A DNA stretch of 64,000 nt from Chlorokybus atmophyticus (Eukaryota > Plantae > Mesostigma and Chlorokybus algae), in contig RHPI01000810.1 of the NCBI GenBank assembly GCA_009103225.1, positions 1,343,962-1,407,961 of the forward strand. Reading direction: 5' to 3'. Under the pieces are notes generated by a model, which saw only the letters and a list, made by a program, of their open reading frames with translations, made no database searches and had not been told where the DNA came from. Both the position numbers and the translations under genes were made by a program. Positions 1-12,100 of the stretch are shown piece by piece (within the stretch, counting starts at the first letter, position 1; the number at the start of each line of letters is the position of its first letter).

Positions 1-3000
1 GTTCCTCAGCGCCTGACCGTCTGTCCCACATGCAAGTACTTGTTTGATGCACCTTATCCCACACTCAATGAAGATGACGAAGACTCGGACACGAGCGAGA
101 CCAAGCAAAAAATGATTGATCGCCTTCGCAACACACCGTGCGGAGGGGGATGCGGCAGGGTTCGCAAAGAATGTTGCGACTTCTTGTACAATCGTGTAGG
201 TGCCTGGCTCAGCGCCAAATTAGCTGTCCCTTCAATCGCTCACGACTATTTGGAGGAATGGCGCCACAAAAATGAGTGGTTGCACGTCCCTGTGGAACAA
301 GTACCTGCTGCAAACACTGAGTACTGGCATGGTGCGAAGAAGCAGCATCACTGCAGCTTCTGGGACCCTCGCCACAAAATCAAGCTGCCTGTGTCCTGCG
401 CATTCTGCCACCACATCCCGGATGTCGATTTGGAGCATCACAACGCAGGCGATCACGTGACATTTGAATGCTCAGGGTGCCACAAAACCAACCATCAGAT
501 GGTACAGCAAGCTCTTGGCGACCCTCGCAACATAGCCCTGCTAATCCACGCCGACGGCTTCAGCTCAACAACCACTGTGAAGCACAGCTGCACCGTTGTC
601 AGTGCCTCTGTGCTCAATGGCGGGAAGCGCATTTCCTCACAAGAGTCTTCCGTCATGCCTTTGCTCTTTGTTCCCACTGATCAGCTCCCAAACGGTGTGG
701 ACAGTCTGGAGCCCTTTCTGGAACCACTGGTGCGTGACCTGGAGAACCTCTACTTGAACGGCTTCACTGTTCGTTATGGCCTCGATTCCAATCATGTCGA
801 CAGCCGCGTGCTTGATCGACGACCAGGTAATGACTGGGTTATAACATGTTTTGTCACCTATATCACCCCAAGTCTCATAGGCACTGTCCAGAGTCTACAA
901 CTTATGCAGTCCATTTTTGTGTATGCTAAAGTCTCATAGGCACTGTTCAGTGGCTGCGACTTGGTTATAGCATATCTGCCTTCTTGCGGTCTATGAGACT
1001 GTCATAGGCTGCACTGCCCAGTGCGGCCTATTACAGTCTCTATCAGACTGGTTGTGAGATACTGATGTTGACTTCATTGCAGGTCAAGAGATAACGCTGC
1101 GGGTAGTGCTGTGGGCATGGACGGGTGACCAGCCAGCGCAATGTGAGATAGGCCAGTTTAAGAATGGAGGCCTCGTCCCCTGCCGGCGTTGTCTCCTCAA
1201 AGCCACTCAGCACCAAGTGCCCCGGCGTGCTGAGCAGGGTGAAGATACTACGAGGACACGTACAGACCATTTTTATGGTGACAATCGCTATTACTGCCGC
1301 CATCCCCCAGCAGAGAGAGCAGCAAAGGATGCGTTCGACAACGCGTGCATGGTGGACTCACTCGATGGCCAAAACCGGAAAGAAAAATCAATGGAGTGCG
1401 GCATCACAGGGAAATCTCCACTCTGGCGGCTGTGGCATCTGTATGAGTTTAACCCTTGCCGTGACTTGGTCTATGACACGATGCACCTGTTGCTGGAGGG
1501 GCTTTGCAAAAGTTTCGTGCACAGTACGCTGGGTGCAGACAGTTCAAAGCATGTCGAAGACATTGCCAAGGTGGAGCGCAGGCTGTCTCAGATGCGCATA
1601 TCACGCCCCATGGACTTGAAGAGCAAACGTTTCCCAAGAGGCATCAGCAAGCACCTGGCTTGGTTCAAGGCCCAGGACTTGCAGATGTTCGTGCAGTATG
1701 CTGTGCCATACGCTGTGTCCGATCTGGTAGACGAAGCAACCAGAGACGTCAGCTTTGCGCTTCACTTGCTCATCCGCATCTTCTTCCACAACTCTCGCCT
1801 ACATGGCTGGACTGCGGAGCTGTTGGAACTTGCTGACGCTCTTTTGAAATATTGGAGGGTCTACTCGGAGGACCTGTTTGGCACCAACAAAAGGCCCAAC
1901 GAGCATGTGGCCGGTGCCGGTCACATTCTGGAGGACATCATCTGGCACGGGAGTCATGATGTGTACTGGTGTTTTGTGCAAGAGCGCACTGTGTCCAACT
2001 ATGTCAACACCTTCACCAATGGGAAGCAGTTTGAGATCAGCTACATGCGGCGTACACTAAGGAGATGGTTTCTGAGGACGCTCAACGTCATGCGAGAAGA
2101 TCAGAGGACTGGAAAGCTGTTGTGCCACCGAGCTAATGATATAATGGCGCACTCTCAGCAGGTTTACCAGCCTCTGAGTGGAGCATGTAGTGACTGTCAT
2201 TACGAAGTGCGCACTCAAAAGCACGCCATGGAGCTCTGGACCCTCGCTGAGAAATTCCCAGACTTGGAGCATGCGCGACCGATCGAGAAAAGGGCATCCT
2301 TATTGGCAGCACCAGGAAGCCTGTCCCTCTTCAGGGACCCTTGGCCTTGGAAATCAAGCGCGTTGAGAACATCACTGGCAACTTGCCCGGAGGCATACGC
2401 AAGTTTCGCGCGTATCTGCGTAACGGGGTCATCTACAGGTGTGATATAGTCTACGAATTTTGCAATCTATTGCTCTGACCTAAAGTCTCATAGGCACTGT
2501 CCAGTGTCTACGAATTATGTAATCTATTGCTCTGACCGAAAGTCTCATAGGCACTGTCCAGTGTCTACGAATTACGCATTCTATTGCTCTGCCCGAAAGT
2601 CTCATAGGCACTGTCAGGTGTCTCATAGGCAGTGTCTACTAGAGTCTCATAGGCACTGTCTACTGTCATCTCTTGATACAAAGTGAGTGAGTAAAGCCTT
2701 TGGTATTTGCAGACGCAGAGGCGTTGATAACGTGAAGATGGCGGACCCAACTGTCGCACCATGCCGGGTGGATGAGATCTACCTGTTCAATTGGCGGAAA
2801 TCCACTATCCATGTGCAAGTGCGGCCTTATACCAAGAAGCGTGATGCCATGGGCAATGACCTGATTGACAGAGACACTGGTGCACAGTGCATTGGGCGTT
2901 TGGCAGATGAGTTTACGCTCATCGGTGGAGACCAGTTGCAACGCAAGCTCTGGGTGTTGCTCAACCGTGATGTAGCAAATCATCAATTGGCGTACGACTA

Positions 3001-3619
3001 TGACAGCACAGAGTTGAGAGTCACTGCAGCCGACATCCCCTTGCCGGTGTGGCCAGAAAAGGGCGATGTCCTGGAGATGCGGCACAACAGCAAGTCCATT
3101 TTCGACTTCAGACTTCCGCATGAGCCCCCAGATGAAGATCCTGCTGACCCACCCCCTTGGGTTGTTGTGGTCAAAGAGGTGCGGTCCGACGGTCATATGG
3201 TAGTCGACTACCTGAAGAAGGCAGGGGGGAGGAGGCTAGGCGTCTGGGTGGTTAACACAGCTGCGAGCGACCAGGTGGAGGACCCTTTCTCAGCCAAAAC
3301 AAAGCTCGACTGGCCAAGGCAAGGGAGCAGCAGAAGCAGCTGCGCTTGGACTGAGAGAAGTAGAAGTGATGGACGGCGAATGAAATTCAACCAACATCGC
3401 ATGTATTGGAAGCCAGGACAGCAGGCAGCAAGTGAGTGTGTTTGCACTTGCATTCACGTGTTTGTGAAGTGCGTGTGTCTGCATCATAGACCAGTTCGGA
3501 TAACTGCGCCTTGCAGACAACTATGTGCACTGTGCGCGTGTGCATGCGACTGCATGTGTGATGGCAATATATTACTGTATACACTTATGCACATCTGTTC
3601 TGCAGGCTATGTACACTGA
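1..3619 (+). CDS. CACTA/EnSpm (CMC superfamily) transposase, 5' end outside window; exons ~1-826, 1083-2438, 2713-3431, ~3606-3619; one -1 frameshift near 2290
   Basis: Motifs CPTC, IHADGF, LEPLVRDLENLYLNGF, WTGDQPAQC..PCRRC, DTMHLLLEG, FKAQDLQMFVQY, YWCFVQER and AYLRNGVIY match CMC transposases with a D/D/E triad. GT-AG introns 827-1082 and 2439-2712 splice in frame (RPG|QEITLR; YR|RRGVDN). The last intron and exon are uncertain. Confidence 0.85.
872..2660. repeat. Intronic repeat motif GTCTCATAGGCA (7 direct copies, 1 inverted partial), including ~3 tandem 57-bp units at 2449-2620
   Basis: Direct copies start at 872, 931, 2485, 2542, 2599, 2620 and 2644; inverted CTATGAGAC at 991. All lie in transposase introns. 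Confidence 0.9.
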
Positions 3620-3707
3620 ATGGATGCCTATAAACCCAGCCTGCAGCTGGACTATAAGCAACCTGAAGTAGGTACCTGGGTGCTACTGACTCAGTCTATA
3701 GGCCATA

Positions 3708-6700
3708 CTAGGGTGGTGGTGGTGGCGGTGGTGGTGGTGAGTGTCTGCTCAAGTAGTAGCCGATCAGGTTATGATAAATGGCTTTGGTGTAGTGTGGGCC
3801 CAGGTGCATAACTTCCCGTTGTGCCGCAGTGAGGTGTGTATATGATCTGTTCGCCATGTTCTGATCAAGCAGAAGCAAAAAGTGAGTGAGGCCCGGCTGC
3901 AGAGCACTAAACGCCTCCAAAGTGTTGGCGTACAAAGGGAGCCCATTCTCCGCTCGTCGTTGATTGATGTCACGGAGGTAATGGTGCGCTGTGTTTCGGA
4001 TCAAAACACACAGTGCAGCAGGATCACTGTCCCAAGTGTCTCGTGTCGCTTGATTGTTCCTCTGCGCCCAGGCATTTCGAGCTTGTATGCAGACCGCAAG
4101 CTCTGGAGCCATCAGCTGTTGCCAACCTTGCAAGTACTGTTGTATGCGCTGGGTAGTCTGTGCTCCTCCTTCGCTCAACGAACGTGCCCGCGCGCCGGGA
4201 CTTTCAGCCAGGAAGTCCTCCACCACAACCCGCATCCACTCATCAACCAGCACGCCTTCCATTCCACGCGAATTTGCTGTTTTTCAACGAGCTCCAGGTC
4301 ATCTTCTAAGTTCGTGACCCGCCTATCAAGTTGATTGTTCTCCCTTTGCTGTTCAATGATTTTCTCTTGCAGTTCAGCTTCTGGCGGTAGTGCGGACGTG
4401 GAAGGAATGTCAGCAGCTCCACCACCTGATATTACAGTCTGCAGCATCTGAAGCGTTTTCTCGAGCCTCTGCTGGGTATCTTCGAGCAGCTTCTCTGTAT
4501 GACTGACACGCTGCATGGCTTGAGCAACGTTTTCTTCCGATTCTGCCAGGTCCGCCTGCGCCTTCAGGATTTCCGGGTCGTCCATGGTGGCTGCTCGCTT
4601 GCCGTCTTTGATAAGCTTCTTATTGGACTTCTGGAGTTTGGCATTTTCCTGACGCAGGCGTTTCACCTCCGCATTCAGGGCGTCTGCTTGCCTGCTTGCC
4701 TCTGCTTGCAGCTTGCCCCCAGTCTCTTGCGTTTGAGAGGCCAGCCGCTGGAGTTGTTTGTTGAGAGACTCCACTCTTGCTTCGAGGCGGTTCTTCTCAG
4801 CAGTCAAAGATTCAACCTCTGTTTGCAGCTTGCGCCCAGCCTCTTGCGCCTGTTGAGAGGCCTTCCCGAGTTTTTCATTGAGAGACTGCACTGCTGCACG
4901 GAGCTTCCTCCTGGCCTCCTCGCCTGTGCGCAGGCGCTCGCGCAGGCTCTCATTGTCCTGCCGTAGGCTGCTCGCCTGCAGCTTCTTCCTGGCCTCCTCG
5001 GCTTGGCGCAGGCGCTCACTCAGTTGCAAGTTCTCCTCTCGTAGGCGGTCCGCCTCTTCACGCACCTGCTGAGCGGAGGACTCCTGCTGCTGCTGCTGGC
5101 CGCTGCTCTCCTCCAGCTTCTTCCTGGCCTCCTCGCTTTGGCGCAGCCGCTCAGTCAGGCTTGCATTGTCCTGTCGTAGACGGTTCGCCTCCTCAAGCGC
5201 CTTCTGCTGAGTGGACACCTCCTGCTGCTGCTGGCCGCCGCTCTCCTGCTGCTTCTTCCTGACCTCCTCAGCTTGGCGCAGGCGCTCACTCAGTTCTGCA
5301 TTTTCCTTTTGTAGGCGGTCCGCCTCCTCACGCGCCTGCCGCTGGAGGGAGGCCATTTGCTGAAGCTGGATTTGGAGTTGAGAGGCCTCCTCGGCTTTGC
5401 GCGCAGCGTCACGCGCTTGTTGCGAGGCCTCCTCGGCTTTGCGCAGGCGCTCCTGCAGGCTCTGGATCTCCTCCAAGCGTGCTGCTGCTGATCCTTTGAA
5501 GCTGCTCCTCGCCTGCCGTAGGCTCACATTCTCTGTTTCCAAGCGTTGCCTCTCCGCATTGGTCCACCTCAACTGGTGCTGAAGCGTGTCTTCCTGCTGC
5601 TTCCGAATGGAGTCTTGGTGTGACTGCTGACGCTGAAGTCTTGCATTAAGGGCGTCAACCTCTGCTTGGAGCTTTTGTGCTTGCGCGGAGGGCTGCTGCT
5701 GAAGCTGGTCAAGAAGGTTCCGCTGCTTTTTCCTGGCCTCCTNAGTCAAGAAGGTTCCACTGCTTTTTCCTGGCCTCCTCGGCTGTCGTAGGCGGTCCCT
5801 GTCAGCAGTGGTGGCAACCAACTCTTGCGCTGCATCCTCACGCTGCAAGGCCAGCACCAACTCTTCATCCAACTCGCTGATCCTGTTAAAGGCGGCCTTG
5901 ACGTCATCTTCAATGCGCTTGCAGCGGGTGAGGTGCTCTTTCAAGGCAGGGCGTTCACCGCACAGACGTTCAGCTTCTTCCCTCGCCAGCTCTGAACGCC
6001 GAGCATTGATTTCTCCCAGCTCTTGCAAAGTTTGTTGTAGCTGTTGTACGCGCTGGCTGTCTTCCGCTCTGGCCTGATCCTGCTGTTGCAGCCTTTGTCG
6101 CTCAGCATTGGCTGCATCGAGAGCGGCCTGCAGCTGTGGTATGCGCCCCACGGCCTCCTCTCTTTCCTTCTCCTGCTTTGCAAGAGCCACCTCCAGCTTC
6201 TGTATGCGCCCCCCGGCCTCCTCTCTGGCCTTCTTCTCCTGTTGCAGCAACTCTGCATGCTGTCGGCTAGCCTTGGCTGCTGCTTCAACAGCGGCTGATA
6301 ACTCCGCTGCATGGATGCGCTTGACATCAGCGCTGGCGGATGCAACGGCGTGGGTGCTTGTAGACGCCTCTTCTAGGTGTTGCTGCATCGAAACACCAAG
6401 TTAGAGCACAAACACGAAACAGCGGGGTCATAGACCGAAATGGACAGTGCGGCCTGTGACGCACAAGTAGCCATAGACTGACTAATGCTGACTTTGGCCA
6501 AGGGTTACCTGAAGTTGGGGCACTTGCTGTTGGAGGTTCTGGACAAAGCCTTCAACCAACTTGGCTATGTTGCTGGCATTGGCGACTCCTGAACGTGCAG
6601 CAGCGATACCGTCTTCCAACTTCTTACGAGCATCGTCGTCACCGTCACCGTTGCTGTCATCATCGCTGCTTTCATGATCGCTGGGTTCATCACCACTGCC

Positions 6701-8948
6701 GTCTCCATGATGATCACCTCCAGCAGGTTCATGATGATCACCTCCAGCAGGTTCATCACGACCTCCAGCAGGTTCATCACCTCCAGCAGGTTCATTACCG
6801 CTGACATGCTGACCCTCAGCAGCACCTCCTGGAGTCCCTCCAGCAGTTTGATGGCCACGGTCTATGGCATCCTTCTCTGCGCTTCCTTGTGGTGGCCTGT
6901 CCGGAAACACTAGAGGAACTGAAGGTCGCCCCGAAACCCCTCCCAATGCTGCAAGTGCAGCAGCAGCAGCAGCAGCAGAGGCAAGAGCAGCATCAACAAC
7001 AGCTTGAGAAGGATTGCTAGAGGTAGCCGCAGCACCAGAAGCAGCACTAGAAGGAGTCGGACCGGGAGCTGCAGCAGGAATGGATGGCCAAGGATGGTTG
7101 CACTCCCACTTGTTGATGAGGTATGCGCGCAAGGACTTGTAATTCGCAGCCCATCCTGGATCCTGAAAATGGATGGTCTTCATCTGCTCTTCCAGCCAAA
7201 CTTCTCGCTTCTGTTTCCTCCGATTAGCAATGGCGTTGATGCGTAGCCGGCGTGTCTCCCACTCCGCCTTGTTGCGTTGCTGCAATTGCTTTTGCTCAGC
7301 CTGCCACTGTGCAGTCGTATCTTGGGCGTTTTGAACATTGCTGCGCACTGCAGCTATCTGCTCCTCAGTTAACCAATGTCGCCGGCTTTCATTCAGACCA
7401 TTGCGCACAATGGACAAAATGGTCTTCTCGATTCTTGACTGATAATCCTGCTCCTTCAGCCTGTGCTGATTTGCAGCCCGTGTCACCATGGCGCCCTGAG
7501 CGGCAATCTCTTGAAGGCCTTTGCGAATTGTAGTCTCTGCCTTACGGAACACTTCCTTGGTAAGTTTCTGCGAATCATAACCACCAGTTAGAACACAAAT
7601 TACACACAACTCATTTATGTTTAATAACACAAACATACCCTCTGTTCTTTCTCTTGTTCTATTCTGGAGTCTATCTGTCTTAACAGCAGGAATAGTCTAT
7701 CTAGCACGCGTGTAAGCTCAGCGCACTTGCTTTCAGCTGAGTCAAATATCCCTTTTAAAAGGCGTACAGACGCCTCTCTGACAGTGTGATTGACTGTGTC
7801 GTTCTGGTGACACAAGTGCAGTCTATGAATGCACAATGACATGTACGACCATGCACTGATGAAGCGTTCTCAACACTTACATTCTGTCTTTGATTTCGGG
7901 CGACTTGTGGTCGTTTCAGCACCCTCCATGTGTAGGCGCCTAAAGATTCACCAGCTTGACGCGGTGCAGTGCAAGCGGCGAGGTACGCGCCGTCTTCGAG
8001 CGCGACGCCATGGCGAGCTGCCATCTCTGTTGCCTCCTTGATAAACTTTTCTCTGGCCGCCTCGAAAAAGTACTCCATGACCTGAGGTAAGACGGTGATC
8101 AGCACATTGTTTGCAATGCTGAATGACAAGGTCATAGACCGCACAGCTCTCACAGATGCAGTCTATAACAGCAGGAGACAGTGTCTGGCAGAGCAAGTGA
8201 TGTCTATAGGCACGAGCCACAGGCTGCATATACTCACATGGTCTGTAGGTTGCTCGTCTGGAGGTGGAGGGAAGGGATCGTATTCCATGAGCAGCTCTTC
8301 CCCGGCGGCGATGTCACTCTGACTCCTAACCTCAGCTGCCTGCACCGCAGCCTCATCAACGGAGTCCATGATGTGGCAGTTGGGTTTGTACTGCGTATCG
8401 CGGCTGGAGTTGAGGAAGCCAGCTATGTTCCCATATCGAGGGTGGCCATCGATGACAGGGCTCTGGCGGCGTGGCACGTCCCTGATGACCTGCAGGTGGT
8501 ATCGCTGGTGGTGCAGGTGCTCCTTCTGAGGGAATGTCTTCTGCATCTCCCGGTAGGAGTACCACTTGCCGTCAAAGACCATGATGCGGTCACCCTTCTT
8601 AATAGGCTGGCAGGTGAACAAGCCGAGCCCTGCGCCAGGGATATTGGAAGGCTTGATGACGAACTCTTTGCCAGCAAAATGGAAGAGTTCGCCTATGGGA
8701 ATTGGACCATTCGTCCACAGCTGCCATGGGTCACCGGTCGCTATATGTATGCGCTTGCGGTTGGGAAGCTCTCTGTCACTCTGCAAACAACAAGTGACGG
8801 TAAGTTGGTGTGAATTGTCATAGGCTGCAACTGAGCAGTGCATGCAGCATGGCGCCCATGGCATGTGATCAGCATGCATGATACCATGCGAACAAAGACG
8901 CACCCGCAGATGTTCTTCTGATGGCGGTGGCAACTCCACAGCGTCCAT
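3708..8948 (-). CDS. Large multi-exon SET-domain + acidic/Ala-rich + coiled-coil protein (~1,560 aa); exons 8948-8904, 8780-8238, 8081-7881, 7803-7639, 7567-6509, 6382-3708 (frameshift at ~4280)
   Basis: SET motifs KPSNIPGAGLGLFT, IKKGDRI, IDGHPRYGNIAGFLNSS, NC, DIAAGEELLMEY. All five introns are GT-AG and phase 0, giving one continuous frame. Repeated LRQDNxSLxERLRQxEEARKKL coiled-coil units. The start codon is a best guess. Confidence 0.8.
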
Positions 8949-9160
8949 CCCCGTCTTAGTGAATCGATTGACCTCGGCTGCAGCATTGGTCACAGCCAGT
9001 TCACGGGCCTGCGCTGATCGGTGCACGTTTCGTGTAGGAAGCCAGCTTGTTCAATGGCTGCGAGGTGGCTTGCATTTGCACTGCACTGAATGGCAGCATG
9101 TCCTGTCGTGCTGGTTAGGCTGACCGCATGTACATGTGCTGACCTAGGAATGACTGGTTT

Positions 9161-12100
9161 ATGTTTGCAGTCAACGCTGCTGTACAAGTTGCAGCCAAGC
9201 CTGAAGGACTGACTGAGTCACTGGTTCCGCCCTCTAAGAGTACGCGCACTTCCCGGTGTGATGTCTTCCTCAGCCACAGGGGCCCAGATACAAAGTTACA
9301 CTTCGTTTACTTCCTGAACGATTGCCTGCTTAGGGCGGGTCTGACTGCCTTTGTGGACGAGCTCAATCTCAAGCCAGGTGACCCGGGCTGGGAGACTATC
9401 AAGGAGAACTGCCGTTCCGCTCGCATCCAGCTGCCAGTGCTGTCAAAAGGCTTTGGGGACTCGACCTTCTGCTTGGAAGAGCTTGACATCATGCTGCAAG
9501 CCAACTCTCAATCGGTTATGCCAGTGTTTTACAACGAGGGTGTCATGTCAATGGATGCAGTCCTGGAAGCTATCCGGACTAGCATACGAGGGTGAGTGCC
9601 ATGCTGACGTGAGCAATGCTGAGGTAAAATGTCTGATGGTACTAACAGTCATTTGCGTGGCGCTGTAGGAGAAGCAGCGACGGTGATGGTGCCTACGTCT
9701 CCAACTCAAAAAAATGGCTGCTTTGCTTGGAAAAGGTATCAAAGTGCACTGGATGGAGGCTAGACCAGACAAATGGGTACGTCAAGTACTAGCACCTACA
9801 CAACCGGTTGATGGCCAGCGTTATGTATGCCAAGGCAAGGTGATGACGGCATGGTTTTTGCAGGAATTCATTGGCTCTTGCTCGGCAAGTGGTCAAGGGC
9901 ATTCTGGACAAGCTGGGCTTACCTGCCATGTATGTAGCTGAGTATCCAGTGGACGTTGACCGCCGAGTGAACACTTTCTGCGTTGACCTACTCCGCACTG
10001 TGCGATCCAAAGGAAGCAGAGTAGGTGTGCTAGGCCTTTGGGGCGAGGATGGTGTTGGAAAAACAACGTTAGTCAAGGCCATGTACAACCAGCTGAAAAG
10101 GGATTTCGTTGACAGCTGCTGCTTTATCAGCGTTGGCCAAGACACAAGCGTTGGCCACATGCAAAGTCTACAGCAACAGGTCCTCGCAGATCTCTGTGGC
10201 GACAGAACTGAGAAGAAGCCTATTGACGCGGGGAAGGCTCTGTTGCAGACCCGTCTGCAGAACAGGCGCTGCCTGCTTGTCGTAGACGATATCTGGACAA
10301 TGGATCAGGTTGAAGCTCTTCTGGTTCCAGGTCTGACCTTGGCAGCTGGAAGTTACGTGCTGTTGATGTCACGCGACAGTCAGCTATTCAAAAGTGTAAG
10401 CTTGCCGGGGTCAGCAACATTGATGAGGAGAGCTGAACGACTAGAAGCTATACAAGCTATAGAACTCTTCTGCGGGTATGCCTTTGGTTCACCAGATGTT
10501 CCCAAGGTCATGACGCGTCTCGTTCAGGACGTTGCCATGGCGTGCAACGGCCTGCCCAGCCTCCTCAAGCGCTTCGGTCAAAGTCTGCGGGGTGAAACAG
10601 CAGAGAAAGCTTGGATGGAGGTGTTAAACAAGCTAAGAAGACCAGATCGGTTGCAGCTGAACACGCAGGATGAGAACCCAAAGCATCCCGCTGCAAGTGT
10701 TGCAGTCTGGGAACACAACACTCAATCGCTTGTGAAGCTGATGCAAGGACCTAGCGGCCCCGCGCGCTCCTGGGCAGCACGTGCCCTGAGCAGTATGTCT
10801 AAGACCGAAGTGAGCCAGAACAAGAAGAACAGTACCCACGTAACGAGATCGCTGGTTAAGCTTATGGGAGATGGTAACCCTGCAATTGCACTTGGCAAAC
10901 CGGCACGAGACCACGGAAGCAAGCACAACCTCCAAGGCCATGGGGCGTTCGCGGGAGACCTGAACAAGGACAAAGACCCAGTAGCATGCCATGCAGCCGA
11001 TACTTTGAGGCAGTTACTTGTTGCTAATCAAGACAGCATCGTGGTATGTACTTTCTCTGTGTGCTGTACAACCAGACATGGCTGTGATTTGACAACACCT
11101 TCTTTGGATGTTCTTGCCAGGCGGAAGCAAGGAAGGCTGGTGCTGTCCCTGCGCTTGTAAGGTTGCTGGTCACAAACAGATCGGAGACCTCAGCAGCGGC
11201 TGCTGGGGCTTTAGCAAACATGATGGGTGACCAGCAAAGCCAGGTACCGGTCGATATGTGTTTGCTACCACTTCTTCTAAGTGTTTGAACAACTTGGGCT
11301 GTACTTGTGCAACCGCCGCCTTCGCATTCAACACTGTCTCTTTGGTTGAGACTTGTTGCATTGGCAAGGGTCCCCAGCACATGCCATGGCAAGGTCGCAG
11401 CTGTCAGCAGTAGTTTGACAATACAACTGCCTGCAGCTCTATCATGCTGGCCTATGGGCAATGCATCTGTATGCTGTTATGTGTATCGCAGTCAGCAGGG
11501 CATCACCACAAGGTGCACACTTCTCACCCGTGTACCGGCGGCAGGATGAATTTGTGATGAACGGGGGCGTCACTCCAATGCTGAAGCAGCTGGATGTTGG
11601 AGACCGTCAAGCACGTGCAGAATCGGCCCGCCTGCTGCGCAACCTCACCAGAGACGCGGATCACAAGAGGAGCGCTGAAGCACAGGTATTGGTTGCTAAG
11701 CATTGCACGCCTGCTGCAGGAAACTATTACACTTGTGCCTGTCTCGTTCATCAAGTGCCTAATGTGCAGGCAGTTATGGAGGCGTACAAAACGGCCATAA
11801 TGAGGGCTGCGCAGCGGTTGGAGACGGGTTCAGTGGAAGAGAAGGATTTTGCAGCAGATGTGCTGGCAAACATTACGACGGACAGCAGGAAGGATTCGGT
11901 ACGACAGTGCTTGGCCAGCATCATTCACGTCTCTGTAACGCTTCCAAAGTGCTGCATATGTCACTCACCGATTTCTCTGTAGCTCTTTTGGGACAATAGC
12001 AAGCAGCCAAGAATAGCCACAATACTAACGTCTACACTTGCTTGCTGTGCCACAGAGGGCCTTGCCACAGAGGACCAAAAGACAAGCAGGAACAAAAGGA

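Noticed and set aside
5705-5785. ~36-bp duplication around N5743 in the coiled-coil exon
   Set aside because: Centred on a lone N, so probably an assembly join rather than biology.
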